Of a stretch of DNA of 64,000 nt, positions 57,439 to 64,000 are shown one piece after another. Numbering within the stretch: the first letter of the stretch is position 1; the number at the start of each line of letters is the position of its first letter. Origin of the DNA: a virus. A program made the translations under genes and the position numbers. Location: the IMG/VR virus record IMGVR_UViG_3300045988_154277; one strand, given 5' to 3'. The notes under the pieces are model-generated. The model was not told where the DNA came from. It did not search any database and worked only from the letters and a program-made list of their open reading frames with translations.

Positions 57439-58137
57439 TTATTCAAACGTGTCTAAAAGTGAATCATTTAACGCGATATGACGAACCAGGATCGCGTTAC
57501 CTTTGTAATAGAATCCGATGACCAAATTACCCTGCTCGTACCAAAACTTGATGTTGCGATATCCTGTATATCCCAACATCTTCTTCAATGATTGACAGAA
57601 TGCACGTTTGCTCAGATCAGGATCTCGCCACTTGGAAATATTCCAAAGTTCTTCGATACATGGTTTCAGCAATTCTAAATAGTTCGGTACAATCGAATAT
57701 GCTACCTTGAACGCGATCAAGATCTGATCGATGAGTTTTCTCGCTGTGGACTGTGCGTTCTGATACTGCGTATCAGAGAACCGATCAGGGATCGGCAAGC
57801 ACTCCACATTGACAGCTCTGATCAACCACAGGTTGTCATCCTGACAAGTCATTTCTATTTGACCGCACAAATACTGATGTGTTGGACGAACCGTGTCGGT
57901 GAGTGTAAACCTGATACAACAAGTACGGTTCTCTTCTCGTTTGGATTCGTCACCGTTGTCGCACAATCGCTTCAGTTCTGGATAGACAAAACGAAGTACA
58001 TAGCGCACGTCCCACAGTGCATGGTGGATAACGCGTGTGGGATATGGATACTTTTTCCCTAGCAGTCCACCAAGTGTTTTTAACACGGTCTCCTGGAGTT
58101 GATACAAATTCTGATTTTGTGTTGTTATCTGAGTCAT
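57439..58137 (-). CDS. paralog family member A (232 aa)
   Basis: shared motifs HxYLxGxIEM...WLIxAVxVxCxPIP...KWxxPxL...Y..YxxIxFxxExxxLxIxFYYKxxxIL. Confidence 0.65.
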   Translation of the reverse strand: MTQITTQNQNLYQLQETVLKTLGGLLGKKYPYPTRVIHHALWDVRYVLRFVYPELKRLCDNGDESKREENRTCCIRFTLTDTVRPTHQYLCGQIEMTCQDDNLWLIRAVNVECLPIPDRFSDTQYQNAQSTARKLIDQILIAFKVAYSIVPNYLELLKPCIEELWNISKWRDPDLSKRAFCQSLKKMLGYTGYRNIKFWYEQGNLVIGFYYKGNAILVRHIALNDSLLDTFE

Positions 58138-58208
58138 GATGGTCCTCTTTGTTAATGACTCGTACTTAGGGGTAGTAAAATAACTACCCCTAAGTACTTA
58201 TGTTGTTA

Positions 58209-58952
58209 TTAGAAATGCGGGTTCAGTGAGATAACAGTCTGATGTTCTTTCTGTCCACGATGGTGGTACTCGATGAACAACTTGTTCTTTTCAGAGCGGA
58301 AGTAGATCGTACGATATCCATCGTAGTCCAGAAGAGACTTGATCCTCTTGGCGAACTGACAGATTGTGATATCGGGATTCGTCCATTTGCAGTGATCCCA
58401 AATTCTGTCGATACGTTCGTCCAGCTTGTTTTCAACAGGTTTCAGATAATGCTGAAGATCGTGATCTGATCGATCCTTTCTAATCTTCTGAAGACCCGAC
58501 TGGATATCTTCGATGTACCGTCGAGCGAACATCCGATCACTGCGGAATTCGTCTGCATCAATACGACGACTTATCACAGGTGCAATCTGTATATTTACAC
58601 CGTGGATCAAGAAGGATCCCTCCTGATGAGTGGTCATAATCGATCCGTAGACGAAGTGTTTGCAATCATCGTGGTACCGATCCAACCGAAACATGAATTT
58701 ACTGTGACTGTATCGTTCCCCGTGTTGACCCTTCGGTGACAGCCACTTCGTATCGATGTGATCCATGAAGAGTTCCAATTCAGGAAGTGAGAGTTTACCT
58801 CGTAGGTTGTGGTGAAGTTCATGAAGGAGTCTGTTGATCACTTTCTCGGGTTGTGTGTAGGAACGACCAAGCAACGATTGGGTTGCTTCCAGTGATGCGA
58901 TCTGGATCTGTTTCAGATCGCTTGCGTAAGGATCGTGTGTTTGTGCCATGGG
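58209..58952 (-). CDS. paralog family member B (about 247 aa)
   Basis: start refined to MAQTHDPY with ACGGAGGAAGAACCCCATG; family motifs HFVYGSIMT..FLIHGVNIQIAPV..KWTNPDI..YRTIYFRSEKNKLFIEYHHRG. Confidence 0.65.
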   Translation of the reverse strand, partial: PMAQTHDPYASDLKQIQIASLEATQSLLGRSYTQPEKVINRLLHELHHNLRGKLSLPELELFMDHIDTKWLSPKGQHGERYSHSKFMFRLDRYHDDCKHFVYGSIMTTHQEGSFLIHGVNIQIAPVISRRIDADEFRSDRMFARRYIEDIQSGLQKIRKDRSDHDLQHYLKPVENKLDERIDRIWDHCKWTNPDITICQFAKRIKSLLDYDGYRTIYFRSEKNKLFIEYHHRGQKEHQTVISLNPHF

Positions 58953-59030
58953 GTTCTTCCTCCGTATGGTTATTGGGTTATGTTTTGTATTAGGAGGGAA
59001 CACGATATCCCTCCTAATGCACTGCTTCGT

Positions 59031-59714
59031 TTACAGTATCTCGTCAAATGCAGAATACAAGACGAGATGTTTTGTGGTCATGAGTTCGTCTTTGTAATAG
59101 AAGTTGATCAACATCTCACATCCACGACCTTCCTTGAACTGAACGGTACGACAACGTTCATAGTCAAGAAGAGCTGGTAATGTACGACGGACGAATGTCG
59201 TCCGATCCAACTCAGGATGTTGCCACTTCATGATACACCAGATGTTGAAGATGGTTGCTCCTAAAAACTCCATCTTATCACAAATGCATTGAGATGTTCC
59301 ACGGATCCCACGCTGGATCTGTCCGATCGTAAGTTTCACATCATGGATGTCTTCACAGAGCGTATCATTCGATCTGTAGTCGCCTGGGATCCGTCTACAT
59401 GTCACTGCGACAGCGTGGATCAACCAAGATCCGTTGAAGAGTTCCATATCAACTCTGATGTAAAGATAATGATTACAGTTGCGATGGTGACGATCCATCC
59501 GGAGGATGATCGTGTAAGAAGTGGTATCTTCTGGATCTAACTCTTGTGGATCCCTAAATACTTCCAATCCTCTGTCGATATACTTCGTAGTTGCTGATGC
59601 GATCGTTTGACCGATCGTCGTTACGGGATCCAGATGGTACGTCCCGATCAACTTCTGGAATGATTTCAACAGATCAGCTTGGATCCGTCTTAAGATTTCT
59701 TCCGATGTTAACAT
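59031..59714 (-). CDS. paralog family member C (about 227 aa)
   Basis: HYLYIRVDMELFNGSWLIHAVAVTCRRIP..KWQHPEL..VQFKEGRGCEMLINFYYKDEL. Confidence 0.65.
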   Translation of the reverse strand: MLTSEEILRRIQADLLKSFQKLIGTYHLDPVTTIGQTIASATTKYIDRGLEVFRDPQELDPEDTTSYTIILRMDRHHRNCNHYLYIRVDMELFNGSWLIHAVAVTCRRIPGDYRSNDTLCEDIHDVKLTIGQIQRGIRGTSQCICDKMEFLGATIFNIWCIMKWQHPELDRTTFVRRTLPALLDYERCRTVQFKEGRGCEMLINFYYKDELMTTKHLVLYSAFDEIL

Positions 59715-59780
59715 AATGATATTTCCTTTCATGTTGCCTACTTGGTAAGGGTATCGATACCCTTACCAAGTAGGATGTTG

Positions 59781-60500
59781 TTACAATAGATCCTCGAGTG
59801 ATTCACTCAGATGGATCTTGTGGGCAAGGATCAGTTCTCTCTTATAGTAGAACTCTACGATCAACTCACCATCTTTTCCTTCTTTGAATTGAACCTTCGT
59901 ATAACGTTCGTATTCCAAGTAGGACGTTAATCCAGAACTGATGAATGTCTTAAGTGGCATCCACGGTTCGTGCCATTTGGTGAAGGACCAGATGTGTAAG
60001 ATCTTGGAGTCTAAAAACTCCAAAGTACGTGTAATCGTACCATCGTAGTCCAATGTATTCACGAACCCTCTTGCGGATCGGATCATCAGATGGAGCTTAT
60101 CGAATGCACGTCTTGCATCTGAGATACTCCTGGCAAGTTCATCACTGGTTCTATATACATCCGGAACCGGTTTGCATTTCACAGTAACGGAGTGGATCAA
60201 CCACTTATGATCAGCACAGTGTTCCATCTCCACTTTACCGTAAAGATAGTGGGCACTGCTACAACGACCGTGACCGATCCTCACCAAGAACGCATACATA
60301 GTACCCTGTTCCGTGTGTCTCGGTAACAGGTTCTTGCCATCATAGATGTAAAGTCCGTAACCCGAGTACTGCTCATATATAGAACCGAGCACATGTGTGA
60401 TCCGCAGTAACGGATCATCAGAACTGGTTCCAAGGAACCCACGAAGTTCCTTCAGTAAAGTTGTTTGGATACCCCTAAGGAACTGTTCTTCTTGTGTCAT
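59781..60500 (-). CDS. paralog family member D (239 aa)
   Basis: HYLYGKVEMEHCADHKWLIHSVTVKCKPVP..KWHEPWM..VQFKEGKDGELIVEFYYKREL; TAATG overlap with the upstream zinc-ribbon gene. Confidence 0.65.
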   Translation of the reverse strand: MTQEEQFLRGIQTTLLKELRGFLGTSSDDPLLRITHVLGSIYEQYSGYGLYIYDGKNLLPRHTEQGTMYAFLVRIGHGRCSSAHYLYGKVEMEHCADHKWLIHSVTVKCKPVPDVYRTSDELARSISDARRAFDKLHLMIRSARGFVNTLDYDGTITRTLEFLDSKILHIWSFTKWHEPWMPLKTFISSGLTSYLEYERYTKVQFKEGKDGELIVEFYYKRELILAHKIHLSESLEDLL

Positions 60501-60751
60501 TATAACTCCTCCTCGAACTCTTCGTTCGGTACATCGATGTCATCGTAAGATGCATCGAGATAGTTGTCTCCATCGTCGTAGAGATCATCCTCTTCCTCGT
60601 ACAGCTCTTCCATCTCATCTGTGTCATCCTCTACACTGAACATGTTCCCTCTGTACAGGCAGTCGGGACAGCAGTCCTCTGCAGCTTCAGACTCATCAGT
60701 GTAGTCGGATGGTTCATACATGTCACCACAATACTTGCAACGGTACATCAT
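60500..60751 (-). CDS. zinc-ribbon protein with acidic C-terminal tail (83 aa), paralog of 54640-54927
   Basis: MMYRCKYCGDMYEPSDYTD...CCPDCLY followed by an E/D-rich tail (EEEDDLYDDGDNYLDASYDDIDVPNEEFEEEL). Confidence 0.6.
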   Translation of the reverse strand: MMYRCKYCGDMYEPSDYTDESEAAEDCCPDCLYRGNMFSVEDDTDEMEELYEEEDDLYDDGDNYLDASYDDIDVPNEEFEEEL

Positions 60752-60770
60752 ACTGTTCCTCCTTGTAAGA

Positions 60771-61265
60771 TTACCATTCTGGTTGTTTACTTGCTAATAC
60801 CTCTACGTTCGAAGAACGAACGTAGTACTTGCCTTGGCGTTGACGGATGGACAGCGTCATCTTGTAACGTAATTTGGACTCCACCTCAAACGAGTTGGAC
60901 TCTCGCCCTTTGGCCATCACCTCCGGTGCGTAATCGATCCATTTTCTCTCACATGCGATGTACACGATACACGCACCTGTCCATGACGTGGCTGTTGTAG
61001 TCGTATCTTGGATCGAGATCGATACTTTCGGAGTAGTATCACGAGATTTATCATCATGATACTTAGGATCTTTCACCATCTCGTTGATCCAACTGTATAA
61101 CCATTGTAAAATCTGATCCAGAGATGTGTTTTCAATGGTAACGTCAGGATACAGAGATGGTAGGTCTCTGCTTCTTTGTACGACATGGTTGATCCGTTCG
61201 TGAAGTTCAGACCGAACATGTCGTGTATAGCGATACCGCTCTTGTTCTAGTTTCTTAGTGATCAT
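60771..61265 (-). CDS. hypothetical protein (164 aa)
   Basis: ORF. Confidence 0.55.
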   Translation of the reverse strand: MITKKLEQERYRYTRHVRSELHERINHVVQRSRDLPSLYPDVTIENTSLDQILQWLYSWINEMVKDPKYHDDKSRDTTPKVSISIQDTTTTATSWTGACIVYIACERKWIDYAPEVMAKGRESNSFEVESKLRYKMTLSIRQRQGKYYVRSSNVEVLASKQPEW

Positions 61266-61456
61266 ACTTCATCCTCCTTCTTGAAGAACGTATAGTGAAC
61301 ACCATAGACGATGTACGTTCCGATATAAGTACCGACCAGTTGATAGTAGATCCGACACACATCAGAACGTTGTTCTGCTACACCATACGTGATCACGATA
61401 TCGACATAGACCTCTTGTCGATCAACGGTAACAGGGTCTAATACTTCGAACTTCAT
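61262..61456 (-). CDS. small hypothetical protein (64 aa), ATGA-coupled
   Basis: start/stop overlap with the downstream gene. Confidence 0.45.
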   Translation of the reverse strand: MKFEVLDPVTVDRQEVYVDIVITYGVAEQRSDVCRIYYQLVGTYIGTYIVYGVHYTFFKKEDEV

Positions 61457-61614
61457 ATCGGGTAGTTTCTCTTTTTATACGGATGGTGTTGACCGTGGTG
61501 TTCAACACATCTTAGATTTTGATGATTTTAACATGAAGTCATCTAGAGTGTGATACACCCCTGATATAACAAGGATGTTGTTGCTCTAGATGGTTAAATA
61601 TAAGGTTCTGTGCT

Positions 61615-62226
61615 CTACTGATCACAGGTGTTCTTAGAGAGGGTAAGATCCTCCTGTTGGATCTGTCGATAAATATACCGTAAGATGCGATAACATGCCT
61701 CACCGCGTTCGGTCAGATGGGATGACTGGATGGTACCTACATGATCGGTGATCCCAGCAGCATGTAAGAACTGCAAGATCAGTTCACAACCATCCAAAAG
61801 ATCGAGGTACAAGATACCGGTATGATCACATCGATGGTAACTATGAGAGCTGATATGAACCGTAACAGCATGGTTCGGATCACAGAACCTGATCCATAGA
61901 TGTCTGTTGTGCAGTCGTCGGATGATCATGTATAGAAGTTCATCGGTACCATTACCATAATAACATCCACACATCCCGAACGACTTATGAACGTATCGGA
62001 TCACATCGACATAGTGGTAGATGTCCATATCACCATGTCGTACGGGATCATAGATCGACAAGATGTCACGAACGATGTTCTTGGGCAGTATCACCCTGCC
62101 CTCTCGCATCGCAGACAAGAACGAAGGGAACCTATGTTCCGTATCCAGAAGAACAGACTCCGGTACAGGAACCTCAGCATACTCATAAAGAGGAAGTATC
62201 TCTTGGTTGTAAAGATCGTTAGACAT
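61615..62226 (-). CDS. hypothetical protein (203 aa)
   Basis: ORF. Confidence 0.55.
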   Translation of the reverse strand: MSNDLYNQEILPLYEYAEVPVPESVLLDTEHRFPSFLSAMREGRVILPKNIVRDILSIYDPVRHGDMDIYHYVDVIRYVHKSFGMCGCYYGNGTDELLYMIIRRLHNRHLWIRFCDPNHAVTVHISSHSYHRCDHTGILYLDLLDGCELILQFLHAAGITDHVGTIQSSHLTERGEACYRILRYIYRQIQQEDLTLSKNTCDQ

Positions 62227-62240
62227 AAACGGTTATCTCC

Positions 62241-62849
62241 TTATCGGTTGTGATGCCAATGTTTCACATGTTGTGGTAGATCTTGTTCTTTGGTATAGAT
62301 TTTGCTTAAGTAGCTATATTTGTAAATAGCGTTCTTAAAGTGTTCGATCGACATCTGATCTCGTTCTAGTATCATCCTGTTGCACTCAGCACTGCGGTAT
62401 TCGACCAATCCAGGAAGATATACTCCGATCGTATTACACCAGTGACATTCTAACACTTCTCCTATGGTGATAAAGCTTTTACATACACTACCATCCACCC
62501 ATAAGGCGAGATGGTAGTGTTGATGTGTACTATCGTTGCGTTCTCTTACCCATACGTAAGAAGGATGAGTGAACGCTATCCCTCGTAGGAATAATTCCAT
62601 CGTATTGCAGAAACAAGTGTTATCATTCACAGCCTCCTGGTAAAAGAATTGAGGGAACCTTATAGTGAAGGTTCCAAATAGAGTTGATTTCCTCCTATCT
62701 AGAATACGCTCTGTCAATCGTATTCCGTATTCAAGGATATTGAGATAATGCCCCATCTCATCTGTAGTTCGTACTGGAGATTGGTAAAGAGGCAGTTGAT
62801 CTCCGTTATAAGGGTAATAAGGAATTACCCATTTCTTGTATCGGTACAT
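62241..62849 (-). CDS. hypothetical protein (202 aa)
   Basis: ORF. Confidence 0.55.
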   Translation of the reverse strand: MYRYKKWVIPYYPYNGDQLPLYQSPVRTTDEMGHYLNILEYGIRLTERILDRRKSTLFGTFTIRFPQFFYQEAVNDNTCFCNTMELFLRGIAFTHPSYVWVRERNDSTHQHYHLALWVDGSVCKSFITIGEVLECHWCNTIGVYLPGLVEYRSAECNRMILERDQMSIEHFKNAIYKYSYLSKIYTKEQDLPQHVKHWHHNR

Positions 62850-63295
62850 ATCGTACAGCTCCTTTCATTAATGTTGGTTCTCTATGTTGTGATGCACCCT
62901 TCGTCAGGCTCAGGGACATCGATGACTACGTTCGCTAGGTGTCTTGGAGGACACTACGCTCTCTTCGTTGCTCTTTTATACGCTTATGATGTGCATATAG
63001 AGAGACTGTGATATGGAACTAACGTTGTTCCTTCACTGGTGATCTACTAACGTAGATCTAAGACGTTACGGTGTTGTGTCTCTCTATATGCTTCTGTTGT
63101 TAGATCTTCATTGTACTTATCGATGAATGAAGTACGGATTATGAATGGTATCTTAACTGTAGCTACATATGGTTGGGTTATATAGTTACTACCATAATAC
63201 CTGGTTAAGATTTGAGGGTAAGTTGAGGGTAAAATAACGATGGGATAAATCGTCATATGACTATTATATTTACTCTACTAGATCCCATCTATCAA

Positions 63296-63316
63296 CAAGT
63301 AATATATACGTGAAAT
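63296..63316 (-). promoter_or_regulatory. promoter-like motif (sense: TTTCACGTATATATTACTTG)
   Basis: recurrent motif after a terminator; precedes a 450-nt region with few ORFs. Confidence 0.5.
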
Positions 63317-63347
63317 AGACTTCAGTTACACTAAAAGAGTAAAAGAA

Positions 63348-63370
63348 GAAGACTAGGGTGACTAGTCTTC
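63348..63370 (-). terminator. hairpin terminator
   Basis: gaagactag-ggtg-actagtcttc after the stop at 63381. Confidence 0.5.
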
Positions 63371-63380
63371 ACTATCTAAG

Positions 63381-63599
63381 TTAGAGAAGATCTTGGATCT
63401 TCTCTACTAAGATCGCATCGATCAGAAGTTGAGGGATGCTTTTGGTATAGACGAGGATGTAATCACCATCTCTTATCAGATCGTAACCCTCATGCTTATA
63501 TTGGTTGTAGGATGCGATAGCCATCTTCTGATCCATGGTACGTGCTTGACGTTTCAGGATAGCAAGATGAATCGTATTACCCATGGATAGGATCTTCAT
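63381..63599 (-). CDS. small hypothetical protein (about 72 aa)
   Basis: start refined to MKILSMGNT with TAGGAGATACTACCATG RBS. Confidence 0.5.
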   Translation of the reverse strand: MKILSMGNTIHLAILKRQARTMDQKMAIASYNQYKHEGYDLIRDGDYILVYTKSIPQLLIDAILVEKIQDLL

Positions 63600-63660
63600 G
63601 GTAGTATCTCCTATATAAGAAAAAGAGAAGGTGGTGTAGTACCACCTTCTCGGTTCGATG

Positions 63661-64000
63661 TTAGAAGAGATTGGAGACCGTATCGGAAGCGGTCTCAGCA
63701 GCACCATCTCCGCAGAAGATCTTCTTCACACCGTAGACGATGGCTGCACCAGCAGCCATACCAACGATGACTCCCATCCCGTAGGATGCTCCGATGGTGA
63801 AGGCACTCCCAGCTTCACGAGCCAGGGTGGAACCATGCCGGTCACGTTCAGCGGGCTTGTTGGGATCGGGATGATCTTCCTGTTCCTCTTTGGGAGTGTC
63901 CTTCTTGGGTTCTTCTTTCGGAACATCCTGCTTGGGGTTGGGATCCACTTTCTTGGACTCCTGTTTGGTGTCCTTGGGATCGACCTTCGGTTCCGTCTTG
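63661..64000 (-). CDS. membrane protein, partial (C-terminal glycine-zipper transmembrane segment; charged KEEPKK repeats), runs off window end
   Basis: GASYGMGVIVGMAAGAAIVYGV transmembrane-like segment; frame open to the window edge. Confidence 0.5.
   Translation of the reverse strand, partial: KTEPKVDPKDTKQESKKVDPNPKQDVPKEEPKKDTPKEEQEDHPDPNKPAERDRHGSTLAREAGSAFTIGASYGMGVIVGMAAGAAIVYGVKKIFCGDGAAETASDTVSNLF

Noticed and set aside
63047-63256. 69-aa minus-strand ORF in the 62.85-63.3 kb low-coding region
   Set aside because: There is no RBS upstream of its ATG. The region is better explained as a long leader or non-coding sequence downstream of the 63296-63316 promoter motif, and was left unannotated.
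1-64000. CRISPR arrays or other tandem direct repeats
   Set aside because: No regularly spaced direct repeats were seen. The repeated elements are palindromic terminators and the promoter motif.

Overview
This window appears to be part of a large virulent phage genome, probably a phiKZ-like (nucleus-forming, jumbo) phage. GC is about 42%, genes are densely packed, and more than 90% are on the minus strand with strong AGGAGG-type ribosome-binding sites. Many intergenic regions carry perfect-palindrome hairpin terminators. The genes I can recognise from the translations are a T4 gp17-like terminase large subunit, two fragments of a split multisubunit RNA polymerase beta' subunit (N-terminal and C-terminal), an NAD-dependent DNA ligase, RNase H, flavin-dependent thymidylate synthase (ThyX), dCMP deaminase, dUTPase, an Mre11/SbcD-like nuclease (T4 gp47-like), and a GyrB-like topoisomerase II subunit (T4 gp39/60-like) fused in frame to an upstream HNH homing endonuclease. 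There is a second HNH paralog, an acyl carrier protein homolog, an IS200/IS605-family TnpB element, and an SSB-like protein. Two RNA-gene islands are present: tRNA-Pro, tRNA-Gln, a tRNA-like gene with an insertion and a tmRNA at 9.1-10.1 kb; tRNA-Leu and tRNA-Thr inside an otherwise ORF-free 1.4-kb block at 27.5-29.0 kb. A 17-nt promoter-like motif, TTTCA(A/C)GTATATAT(A/T)AC in gene orientation, recurs at least 9 times upstream of minus-strand genes. The 3' end of the window carries a tandem array of four clear paralogs (possibly six) bracketed by two homologous zinc-ribbon proteins with acidic tails. One abundantly signalled gene (30232-31815) has about 58% GC, far above background, and sits next to the RNAP beta'-N gene in the chimallin-like position. 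Most other ORFs are hypothetical. All calls rest on reading the translations and nucleotide patterns by eye; no searches were run.
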